This document shows positions 1 to 8,125 of a stretch of DNA of 64,000 nucleotides, piece after piece. Under the pieces are notes generated by a model. The model was not told the origin of the DNA. It did no database searches and saw only the letters and a list, made by a program, of their open reading frames with translations. The DNA is from an uncultured Myxococcales bacterium (GTDB taxonomy: Bacteria > Myxococcota_A > UBA9042), in assembly GCA_937910235.1 (NCBI GenBank), contig CALENB010000193.1, positions 2,341-66,340 on the forward strand. Reading direction: 5' to 3'. A program made the translations under genes and the position numbers. Position 1 is the stretch's first letter; each line of letters begins with the position of its first letter.

Positions 1-331
<331 letters not shown>

Positions 332-346
332 GCGTCAGGGGAGCCC

Positions 347-715
347 ATGTTCAAGCTGTTGCTGCTGACCTCTGCGTTGTGCCTGTTGGCCTGTGCGTGC
401 GCTGAAAAGAAGGCTCCGACGGCGCTAGTCGCCGCGGTGAGCCCCGTCGCGTCCGCCGACCCCTTCACGCCTGCCGCGGCGGCCGATAAGCCGCAACGAC
501 GGCGCTCGCTCGCGCGCGTTTTTATGAAGTCGAGGTGTGTGATGATTGGCGTGCTGTCGCCCGATCCGAAGCTGTACGCTGGGGTTGGGTTCTCCGATGA
601 CGCGGCGTTTCGTGTGGCGTTCAAAGCAGCCGCTGACGAGGACCCCATCTGGGCGCGAGGCGTCGTCGAGAAGGCGTACAGCACGCCGTGCCGAGCGTTG
701 GAGGCGACGCCATGA
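347..715 (+). CDS. Hypothetical lipoprotein (122 aa)
   Basis: N-terminal signal peptide with a lipobox (MFKLLLLTSALCLLAC-A). It sits directly after eno and overlaps the next gene in an ATGA arrangement at 712-715. Confidence 0.55.
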   Translation: MFKLLLLTSALCLLACACAEKKAPTALVAAVSPVASADPFTPAAAADKPQRRRSLARVFMKSRCVMIGVLSPDPKLYAGVGFSDDAAFRVAFKAAADEDPIWARGVVEKAYSTPCRALEATP

Positions 716-1089
716 TCGCTCATCGTGCATCGCGGGGGGCGCTGTCGGTCGCGGCCCTTTGGCTTGTGGTCGTCTTCGCCGGCGGCTGTGGCCCGACCGT
801 TGGCGATGCGTGCGAGAACAGCACCGCGTGTGGCACTGGCCTGATCTGCGATCAATCGACGCCAGACGGCTACTGTACGAGAAGCCCTTGTCGGGCCGGC
901 GAGTGCCCGGAAGAGGGTGTCTGCGTCGACTTTGGGGCGGAAGCGTCGTGGTGCATGCGGCGTTGCGAGGCGGGTCAGGGTTGTCGTGATGGCTTGGCGT
1001 GCGTCGCGCCAGATGCGTTCGACACGGCCACGGAGTGCTTGGGCGCGACCGGCGGTTCAGGGTGCAAGTTTTGCGCGGTGAAGCCTTGA
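712..1089 (+). CDS. Small cysteine-rich secreted protein or lipoprotein (about 125 aa)
   Basis: A signal-like N-terminus (MIAHRASRGALSVAALWLVVVFAGGC) is followed by about 14 Cys in about 100 aa (CENSTACGTGLICD...CRAGECPEEGVCVD...). The ATG at 712 overlaps the upstream stop, which suggests translational coupling. Confidence 0.5.
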   Translation: MIAHRASRGALSVAALWLVVVFAGGCGPTVGDACENSTACGTGLICDQSTPDGYCTRSPCRAGECPEEGVCVDFGAEASWCMRRCEAGQGCRDGLACVAPDAFDTATECLGATGGSGCKFCAVKP

Positions 1090-1136
1090 TACCAAGCGCA
1101 GAGTCAAAGGGCGGCCTGCGTCGCGGGTCGAGCTGC

Positions 1137-1694
1137 GTGCTGGTCATCGCGACCTCGCTGGGGCTCGTCGCCTGCTCGGCGCCACAGACCCACCGTGATG
1201 CGCCGCTAATTCGACCGGACGATGGTCGCTCAACGCTCGCCAAGCACCAGCCTGATGCGGCGCCGAGTGCCTCTTCCGGCGCGCGCCGTGTCGACCTACG
1301 CACCCCGCAATCGGACGCCTCACTCGGGATCCCTCGCTACGTTGTCGACGCGGTGGTGAAGGATGGTCCCGGGCGCTTGCTGCAGCTGGTTCCACTGGCG
1401 CCAGTATTCGATGCGCGACGACGTTTTCGGGGCTTTCGGATCGTTCGCATCCACGATAACAGCGCCGAGGTGCTTCGCTACGGCGTTCACCCCGGCGACG
1501 TGCTCGTCTCCGTCAACGGTCTGCAGATCTCGCGTCCCACACACATGCTGGCGCTGTTCAAGCTGCTGCCAACCGCGACGCTGCTCGACATTCGAGTCCA
1601 ACGGGATCATGCGCCGGTTCATGTTCAGATTCCGATCGTCGAGGATAAAGACCGCAATGACACGCAGACACGCGCGGGCGATGGCGCGATCTAG
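1137..1694 (+). CDS. PDZ-domain protein (GspC-like PDZ), start uncertain
   Basis: The C-terminal half has a PDZ-like segment (GFRIVRIHDNSAEVLRYGVHPGDVLVSVNGLQISRPTHMLALFKLL...DIRVQRDHAPVHVQIPIV). A GTG at 1137 precedes a hydrophobic LVIATSLGLVAC stretch. The ATG at 999 would overlap the previous gene by 90 bp, so it is less likely the true start. Confidence 0.45.
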   Translation: MLVIATSLGLVACSAPQTHRDAPLIRPDDGRSTLAKHQPDAAPSASSGARRVDLRTPQSDASLGIPRYVVDAVVKDGPGRLLQLVPLAPVFDARRRFRGFRIVRIHDNSAEVLRYGVHPGDVLVSVNGLQISRPTHMLALFKLLPTATLLDIRVQRDHAPVHVQIPIVEDKDRNDTQTRAGDGAI

Positions 1695-1854
1695 CGGGCT
1701 ACGAGACGCGTCGCCCCGACGTGTCCACCGAAAACTTGATGCGATGGCGTAATCACGGCTAGACTCATGCGGGTCCGATGTTCTCAACGTTTTGAAGGCG
1801 TGGTCCTTGGGTGGCAAGCGCGCGTTTCTAACCCTCCCCCGTGAGCAGGTACAG

Positions 1855-2700
1855 ATGAGCAACGGTGGTTTCTACTTCCGCTACTGGGGCGTCCGGGGCA
1901 GCATCCCCGCTCCAGGACCCGACACAGCCCGCTATGGCGGGAACACGACGTGTATCGAGGTTCAGGTCGGCGACCAACTCTTCTGCGTTGACGGAGGCAC
2001 GGGCGTCCGCATGTACGGCCAAGATCTACTCCGTCGGCTCCCGGTTCAGGTCACCTTCCTGATGACCCACCTGCACTGGGACCACGTGCAGGGTTTTCCG
2101 TTCTTCACGCCATTCCTCGTGCCGGGCAACGAATTTCACATCTACTCGGGGCATCACAACGGCGGAAACATCCTCGGCGTGCTGAAGCAGCTGATGGCAC
2201 AGCCAGCGTTTCCGATCTCGATGGACGCGTTCCAATCCGAGGTCTCATTCGATTTCCTCGAGCCGGGCGACGCGCTCCCGTTTGGTGACCTCACGATTCG
2301 GACCGCCCTTCTCAACCATCCTGGCGGCGTCATCGGTTATCGTTTCGAGTACGGCGGCAAGGTCTTTGTGCACGCGTCTGACTGGGAGCAACCCGCAGAC
2401 GGCAGCCTGGACGAGGAGTTCGTGGCGTTCATCCGCGACGCCGACGTGCTGAGCGTGGACGCGACGTACACCGACGACGAGTACCAGGGCAAGGTCGGCC
2501 CGATGCGCAAGGGCTGGGGCCACGCCACGCAAGAAGAGGCGATTCGACACGCGGACGCCGCCGGCGTGAAGCGGACGATTCTGTTCCACCATGAGCAGTC
2601 TCGGACCGACGCCGAGATGGACGCGTTGGGGGCCAAGCTGTTTGGTGGCCGAACCGACCTGTCGTTTGCCGTCGAAGGCGAGCGCGTCGATCTGCTCTAG
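1855..2700 (+). CDS. MBL-fold metallo-hydrolase
   Basis: Carries the HxHxDH metal-binding motif (THLHWDHVQGFPFF) with downstream His/Asp ligands. The internal ATG at 1855 (MSNGGFYFRYWGVRGSIP) fits the usual start of this family. Confidence 0.75.
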   Translation: MSNGGFYFRYWGVRGSIPAPGPDTARYGGNTTCIEVQVGDQLFCVDGGTGVRMYGQDLLRRLPVQVTFLMTHLHWDHVQGFPFFTPFLVPGNEFHIYSGHHNGGNILGVLKQLMAQPAFPISMDAFQSEVSFDFLEPGDALPFGDLTIRTALLNHPGGVIGYRFEYGGKVFVHASDWEQPADGSLDEEFVAFIRDADVLSVDATYTDDEYQGKVGPMRKGWGHATQEEAIRHADAAGVKRTILFHHEQSRTDAEMDALGAKLFGGRTDLSFAVEGERVDLL

Positions 2701-2798
2701 GTCCGACGAACCGTGACCGAGCCGCGTGGACGCGCTTATAGCCCATGATTGCGGGCCGAGCGCTCCTTCCCTTCCGTGACACCGACCGACGGTCGCCG

Positions 2799-4676
2799 CT
2801 AGTCGTCGTCGTTTTTGAGCAGGTCGAGCGCCATCTCGAACTTGTTGAACGGCGGCATCAGGTAGACCCCAGCGCAACTCGGTCGGATCTCCGCCAGAAA
2901 CTCGCGCGCGATGGCGATTCCGACCTCCGGACCCGCTTCGCCAGCCACGTCCATCCGCGAGCGGATGTGATCGGGGATCATCATGCCTGGCACTTCGTGG
3001 TGGATGAAGTTGGCGTGGCGTGCGTTGCGTAGCGGCAAGATCCCGACCATCAACGGAATCTTGGGTTTTGCTCGCTCGATGAAGCGCTCCAAGATCTCCA
3101 CATCGTAGATCGGTTGCGTGAGCGCGTAACGCGCCCCCGCCTCTTGCTTGCGGTGAAAGCGCTCGATCTCAAGATCCAGGTCTTCTGCGGTCGGGTTCAC
3201 GGCGCAGGAGAGTCGAAACTGCGTCTGGTGTTTTCGAGCTTTTCCGTTGGCGTTCCGGCCGTTGTTGAGCCCTTCCAACACGCTGAGCAACCCGATTGAG
3301 TCGACCTCAAACACGGCGCGGGTGCCAGGATAGTCGCCGACCGACGGCGGATCTCCCGTCACACAGAGCAGGTGCTTCACACCTAGCGCGTGAGCTCCCA
3401 TCGTCTCGCTCAACAAGCCGAGCAGATTGCGGTCGCGGCAGGAGACGTGGAGGAGGATCTCGATGTCGACTTGCTGCTGAATCAACACGGCCAGCGCCAG
3501 CGGGCTCATCCGCGCGGTCGCGAGCGGGGAGTCGGCGATGTTAATCGCGTCTACACCCGCGTGCCTGCATGCGACGGCGCCGCGGACAAGCCGTTCAGCG
3601 TTGACGCCACGAGGCGGGTCTAGCTCCACGCTGATGACGAACTCGCCGGCCATGAGCTTGCGCTCGAATGGCGACTCGTCCCAATCCTGTTGAAGGGTCG
3701 CGTTCTGAGCGCTCTCGTCAGACGTCCGTTCCTCGCGCAGCACGACGTTAAGGGCCTGCCCGGGGCTCCCCGGCAACGCCACTGGGGCGCGATTTCCCAC
3801 CGTCTGTACCGCTCGCATGATGTGCTCAGGCGTGGTGCCACAACAGCCGCCGACGGCCCGCGCGCCGCGACTGGCGGCATCCGCCGCCCACTGCGCGAAG
3901 TAGTCCGGTGAGTTGACGTAGTGCAGGCGGCCATCAACGACTCGCGGCAGCCCGGCGTTGGGCACAAACGCGAGCCGGGCTCCCTTCACGCGGCACATGC
4001 GCTCAAACACCTCATCCATGCCCTGAGGGCCGACGCTGCAGTTCGCACCCGCTGCGGCAGCACCTGCCTCCAGAACGGCCTGCACGACCTCCTCGGGTTT
4101 GTGGCCGAGCAGCGTCTTGCCTTCTTCCGTGAAGGTGGCGAACGCCATGAACGCCGCGTCGTTCTTTAGCGCACGCAGCGCTCGAATCGCCAGCAGCAGC
4201 TCCGTCAGGTCGCTGAAGGTCTCAAAGATGATCAGGTCCGGATCCGCGGCGATCAGCGCCTCGAGCTGCTCCCGAAAAACCATGGACGCTTCGTCTTGCT
4301 GGATCCGGCCGACCGGCGCGAGCGGCTGACCGATTGGTCCCACACTCGCGGCCACCAGCGGCCGATTGTGGGGTGGCCGGTCACTGGCCGCGTCACGCGC
4401 GATGGCGATCGCCGCACGGTTGATTTCTGCGACCGGAGGCGCCTCACCGCCGAGCCGCAGTCGATTCGCACCGAACGTGTTCGCCGTGATGACCTGTGCG
4501 CCAGCCGCAACATAATCGCGATGAACACGCCGCACCGCCAAGGGCCGACTGAGGCACAGCTCATCCAAAGAGCGCTCAAAGCTGAAGCCCTGCTCGTAGA
4601 GCTGGGTGCCCATGGCGCCGTCCATGACGAGTACACGCTCATCGAGCAGCGCCACTAGGCGAGAATAGGTCCACAT
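2799..4676 (-). CDS. Bifunctional homocysteine S-methyltransferase / 5,10-methylenetetrahydrofolate reductase
   Basis: N-terminal Hcy-binding domain (VMDGAMGTQLYEQG...TANTF...GGCCGTTPEHI). C-terminal MTHFR (MetF) domain (GEFVISVELDPPRG...HVSCRDRN...CVTGDPP...TQPIYD). The fusion is known in several bacterial groups. Confidence 0.85.
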   Translation of the reverse strand: MWTYSRLVALLDERVLVMDGAMGTQLYEQGFSFERSLDELCLSRPLAVRRVHRDYVAAGAQVITANTFGANRLRLGGEAPPVAEINRAAIAIARDAASDRPPHNRPLVAASVGPIGQPLAPVGRIQQDEASMVFREQLEALIAADPDLIIFETFSDLTELLLAIRALRALKNDAAFMAFATFTEEGKTLLGHKPEEVVQAVLEAGAAAAGANCSVGPQGMDEVFERMCRVKGARLAFVPNAGLPRVVDGRLHYVNSPDYFAQWAADAASRGARAVGGCCGTTPEHIMRAVQTVGNRAPVALPGSPGQALNVVLREERTSDESAQNATLQQDWDESPFERKLMAGEFVISVELDPPRGVNAERLVRGAVACRHAGVDAINIADSPLATARMSPLALAVLIQQQVDIEILLHVSCRDRNLLGLLSETMGAHALGVKHLLCVTGDPPSVGDYPGTRAVFEVDSIGLLSVLEGLNNGRNANGKARKHQTQFRLSCAVNPTAEDLDLEIERFHRKQEAGARYALTQPIYDVEILERFIERAKPKIPLMVGILPLRNARHANFIHHEVPGMMIPDHIRSRMDVAGEAGPEVGIAIAREFLAEIRPSCAGVYLMPPFNKFEMALDLLKNDDD

Positions 4677-4727
4677 GGGCGAGTCATTGTCCTGGGCCGA
4701 CGCAAATCGTCCACTATCGGGAGCCGT

Positions 4728-6746
4728 CTACTTCGTCAGCGCCGTGAGCCAAGCGAGGAAGCCGAGATGTAGATTGTACTTTGCGTCTGACGACGACCCG
4801 ACAACACCTGCCTGACCGACGAGTATTTGCACATCCATTTTACCCGACTGGCCGGCGATGTGGGCGTTTGCGAACGTCACGGTCACACCCTTGGGTGCGC
4901 AGCCTTCGTCCTTGACCCCGTTGCACGTGCGGTCCTTACCGTCGCAGAGCTCCTTGACTGCCGGGATGACTTCGCCCTCACAGGTTCCCTGCAGCTTGCC
5001 GTCCTTGCAGAAGCTCTTGCCCTCCTTGCACTCGCCGACTCCCTTCGTCTTGGGATCGGCGCTGTAGCAGGGCTGCGTCCCTGAGTTTGGCTTGTTCTGA
5101 CAACCCTTCTGCGTGTCGCAGATGTCGTCTGTGCACGGGTTGCTGTCGTCGCACTTGGGTTGCTCGGTGCCGGGCAGGCACGTGTGCTTTGCGGTGTCCG
5201 GATGCGTCCCGCACTTGTCGCCGACCGAGCAGGCGTTGCCGTCATCACAGCTACCCACGTGTGGCGCGTTGAGACACTTTGCCGTGACTTTGTCGCAGCT
5301 GTCGTCGGTGCAGGTGTCCTTGTCATCACAGTCCGTCTTCGCCTTGTTGGTGCACGTCTTCGCGACCGAGTCACACACGTCTTCCGTGCAGGCGTCATTG
5401 TCTTCACAAGCCGCGTCGTCAGCCTTGCCGTTACAGTCGTTGTCGAGTCCGTCGCACGTCTCGTTCGTTACCTTGCCGAGGCTGTCGCACGTTGATTTCG
5501 TCGCACCATCGCAGACGACCTTGCCGCCCGCACAGGCGCCTGTGCCGCACGCGTCACCCACCTCGATCTTGCCGGCTGCCCCGCCGTCCCAAGCGAAGCC
5601 CTCGTCGGCTTTTCCGTCGCAGTCATCGTCGGTGCCGTTGCAGACCTCCGGCTTGGGCGTCGCGGCGCCGGTGCAGAGCAGCGCGCCCTTGTCGCTGCAA
5701 GCCGCCTTTCCGGGACAAGCGCCCACCAAGGTCTTGCACTTGCCGTCGGACACGTCGCACGCCTCGCCGGTGACGCTACAGTCGCCGTCAGCCGCGCAGG
5801 TCGTCTTGCTGCCGGCGTCCTCGAACGCCTTCACTGTGCAGGCAAAGTCCGCTGGGAGATTGTCGGTCGTGCCGTCGCAGTCGTCGTCGAGTGTGTTGCA
5901 GACCTCCGAAGCGGCCGCTTTCGCCAGGCACTGCGTCAAACCTTTCGCGTCGCACTTGCGCTTCGCCTTGCACGTGCCGAATTCGTTGGTGACGGCGCAC
6001 TCCGTCTCAATCCCCTTGGCTTTGGCCCAGTCCGAACACTCGCACGCCTTGGGTTTGCCGCCTTCCTCCTTGCGCTTGCACTGCTTGACGTCCTTGCCCG
6101 CGCCATCCTTGACGGTCGCGCACGCGTAGTCGCCTGGGCACTCCGCGTCGGCCGTGCAAGGCGAGCCGCAGAACTTGCCGTCGGTGCCATAGTCCAGGCA
6201 GAGGCTGGCCACACCGTTGATCTGGCAGTCTGAGTGAAACTGGCACGGCGAACAGAGCGTCAGCTGCGCGGAGACGCAGTAAAATAGCGGGGACCCGTCA
6301 CCGATATCCTTGCATTCGTAACCGGCCGCGCAGGTATCTGTGCATTTCTGTGCGCATCGTTTGCCCTCGTGGGTGTCCAAGCAGATGCCGCTTCCGCAGT
6401 CGCCGTTCGCTGCGCAGGTGCATCCGTCCGCGCCGGGACAGCCCCCGCCCGAGTCCGCTGTGCCTGTGTCCGTCGCGCCCGCATCGATCGTGCCAGCGTC
6501 GATGGTGCCAACATCGGCGGTACCTGCATCCGCCGTCCCTGCGTCCGTGCTCCCGGCATCGGTCGTCACTGCGTCGGCGGACGTGTCCTTGTCGTCGCTC
6601 ACCTCACCGCCACCTGTGTCCTCGTTGCCGCTGCCGGTGTCCGCCGCAGGCCCTTTCGTGACGCCACCCTCGTCGCCACCGCAAGCGGGGAGCACGAGCG
6701 CGACGAGAGAACACAGGATCAAAGTTCGATGCGAAGCGATGTGCAT
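4728..6746 (-). CDS. Large secreted Cys-rich lipoprotein with MopE-like metal-binding repeats and Myxococcus-type cysteine-rich repeats
   Basis: Lipoprotein signal (MHIASHRTLILCSLVALVLPAC-GG). Thr/Asp/Ala/Gly low-complexity linker (TDAGSTDAGTADAGTADVGTIDAG). MopE-like motifs (CNGTDDDCDGKADEG, CDGLDNDCNGKADD, CDGKDRTCNGVKDEGC). Several CxxDxCDxxxxxC units (CTEDVCDSVAKTC, CTDDSCDKVTAKC, CTDDICDTQKGC). Confidence 0.8.
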   Translation of the reverse strand: MHIASHRTLILCSLVALVLPACGGDEGGVTKGPAADTGSGNEDTGGGEVSDDKDTSADAVTTDAGSTDAGTADAGTADVGTIDAGTIDAGATDTGTADSGGGCPGADGCTCAANGDCGSGICLDTHEGKRCAQKCTDTCAAGYECKDIGDGSPLFYCVSAQLTLCSPCQFHSDCQINGVASLCLDYGTDGKFCGSPCTADAECPGDYACATVKDGAGKDVKQCKRKEEGGKPKACECSDWAKAKGIETECAVTNEFGTCKAKRKCDAKGLTQCLAKAAASEVCNTLDDDCDGTTDNLPADFACTVKAFEDAGSKTTCAADGDCSVTGEACDVSDGKCKTLVGACPGKAACSDKGALLCTGAATPKPEVCNGTDDDCDGKADEGFAWDGGAAGKIEVGDACGTGACAGGKVVCDGATKSTCDSLGKVTNETCDGLDNDCNGKADDAACEDNDACTEDVCDSVAKTCTNKAKTDCDDKDTCTDDSCDKVTAKCLNAPHVGSCDDGNACSVGDKCGTHPDTAKHTCLPGTEQPKCDDSNPCTDDICDTQKGCQNKPNSGTQPCYSADPKTKGVGECKEGKSFCKDGKLQGTCEGEVIPAVKELCDGKDRTCNGVKDEGCAPKGVTVTFANAHIAGQSGKMDVQILVGQAGVVGSSSDAKYNLHLGFLAWLTALTK

Positions 6747-6844
6747 GAGGTGGGCTCCGGTATGTGGGCAGTTAGCTGCTCCAAGCCACGCACCCTAGCA
6801 TCCGCCCAAAACCAAAGTCAATTGTGGTGAATCGCTGCAACACT

Positions 6845-6872
6845 TGAAGAATAAGACGATAAGTCTAGATTC
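6845..6872 (+). promoter_or_regulatory. Candidate sigma-70-like promoter in an AT-rich divergent intergenic region
   Basis: TTGAAG, a 16-bp spacer, then TAGATT. It lies inside the only clearly AT-rich stretch (about 6808-6875, about 45% GC against a 70% background), about 135 bp upstream of the + strand gene at 7009. Confidence 0.25.
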
Positions 6873-7008
6873 TGGCGTCCGCGGCCGGACAGGCCAACAC
6901 CGACGCTGTCGACCGTTGCGGCCGCCTGGCAGAACCGGTGTCCAGCATTGCGCTCATTCTCGTACGGATCTACACCGTTCGCCTGCTCAGTTGCAGGACG
7001 ACCTGTGA

Positions 7009-7956
7009 GTGGTGAGGAGCTCGATGAGCGGCGAAAAGAAGAGCTTGGCGATGGTTGCGCTGCTGATCTGCGTCGCCGCAGGTATGGCCGTGTGGCGCGC
7101 GGCCCGGGTTCAGCCTTCAGACGAGGTCCAGGGCGCAGGCCGGGTTCAGGATCCGGGCGCCGAGGCCCAGCGACTTGGTCCGCGACGGCCAGATGAGAGC
7201 GCGAAAGCGGCTAGTGCCCCGTCAGGGGTGACGTCGGTCGTCGGCATGGACGGCGGCGGTGCCGCGGCGCAGCCAGCCGGTGAGCGTCTCCGTCCTGGCG
7301 CAGAGCCGACCCACGGACAGCGCTTCCTGGCGACCATGCGGGGCGGCGGCGAGACTAGCGGAACGGTGTTTCGGGCTGCAGCGCAGCGCGCGCCGCTGTT
7401 GGTCTTCATGGGTGAGGCCGACGACCCGCCCGACGCCTGGGCTGCGATTCTGCGGACGCTGCGGGTCTCGCGCGACTACCACCTGATCGTCCTGACGCCA
7501 CCGCCGACGACGCACGAAGCAGCCGGTCATGTCGAGGCGACTCGCGCCGTCGAGACCCTGGAGGCCGCGCTCACGTGGGCGCACAAGCACCTCGATCGCG
7601 CCGTGGATGGCATCGCGCTGATTGGCGGAGGACTCGGTGGCGCAGCTGCAGCGCTGCTCGGCGCTGAACGCCGTGACGTCTTAGCCGTCGTGTCGATTTC
7701 TGCGCCCGCCCGGCTTGGCACGTTCCGAGTTGCCGACGCGATGGCGGCGCTGCGGGGACGCCAGACGTACTGGATCGCTGGTGCAGACGACGAACGCGGC
7801 GCGGGCGTCCTCACGATGGCCGGCAGGCTGCCGTTGGCCGCCGTCCGAGTCAGACCAGGTCACGCGCGAGGGGCGCGCCTGCTCGCGAGCGATCGACGAG
7901 CCCAAACTTCGCTCGCAGGTTGGCTGTTCGCGGTGATGCCTACGGTTGGCCCGTAG
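7009..7956 (+). CDS. Hypothetical membrane-anchored protein, alpha/beta-hydrolase-like, probably non-catalytic
   Basis: N-terminal TM/signal anchor (LAMVALLICVAAGMAVW). Later regions resemble a dienelactone-hydrolase-like fold (LLVFMGEADD...IALIGGGLGGAAAALLG), but the nucleophile-elbow Ser is replaced (GGGLG). An alternative start at 7024 is possible. Confidence 0.45.
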   Translation: MVRSSMSGEKKSLAMVALLICVAAGMAVWRAARVQPSDEVQGAGRVQDPGAEAQRLGPRRPDESAKAASAPSGVTSVVGMDGGGAAAQPAGERLRPGAEPTHGQRFLATMRGGGETSGTVFRAAAQRAPLLVFMGEADDPPDAWAAILRTLRVSRDYHLIVLTPPPTTHEAAGHVEATRAVETLEAALTWAHKHLDRAVDGIALIGGGLGGAAAALLGAERRDVLAVVSISAPARLGTFRVADAMAALRGRQTYWIAGADDERGAGVLTMAGRLPLAAVRVRPGHARGARLLASDRRAQTSLAGWLFAVMPTVGP

Positions 7957-7990
7957 GATACTGGCCAGGCCGTACACGCCGGCACGCCGT

Positions 7991-8058
7991 GTCCGTTGCG
8001 ACGCCATGTCCGTTGCGACGCCATGTCCGTTGCGACGCCATGTCCGTTGCGACGCCGT
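7991..8058. repeat. Perfect or near-perfect 17-bp tandem direct repeat x4 (GTCCGTTGCGACGCCAT) in the serS upstream intergenic region
   Basis: Four head-to-tail copies at 7991-8007, 8008-8024, 8025-8041 and 8042-8058. The last copy has one A-to-G change. It ends 65 bp upstream of the serS ATG. Confidence 0.9.
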
Positions 8059-8110
8059 AGCCGCTTAAGGTACACCCGCGCCCGCGACGCACACGCAAGG
8101 CGTGCTGGAG

Positions 8111-8125
8111 AGGAAAGAAGACATG
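8111..8125 (+). promoter_or_regulatory. Shine-Dalgarno plus start codon of serS
   Basis: aggaaagaagacATG. The purine-rich SD sits 6-12 nt before the ATG at 8123. Confidence 0.4.

Noticed and set aside
425-1303. 292-aa minus-strand ORF, plus many other 60-250-aa ORFs overlapping annotated genes on either strand
   Set aside because: They overlap sense genes that have clear homology. Their translations are Arg/Pro/Ala-rich low complexity typical of GC-rich off-frame sequence.
4677-4727. SAM or cobalamin riboswitch upstream of the methionine-cycle fusion gene
   Set aside because: The upstream gap is only 51 bp. The gene is probably co-transcribed with the upstream lipoprotein gene. There is no room or conserved structure for a riboswitch.
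7991-8058. Possible CRISPR array
   Set aside because: The 17-bp units are directly adjacent with no spacers. There are only four copies and no cas genes nearby. It is a simple tandem repeat, not a CRISPR.
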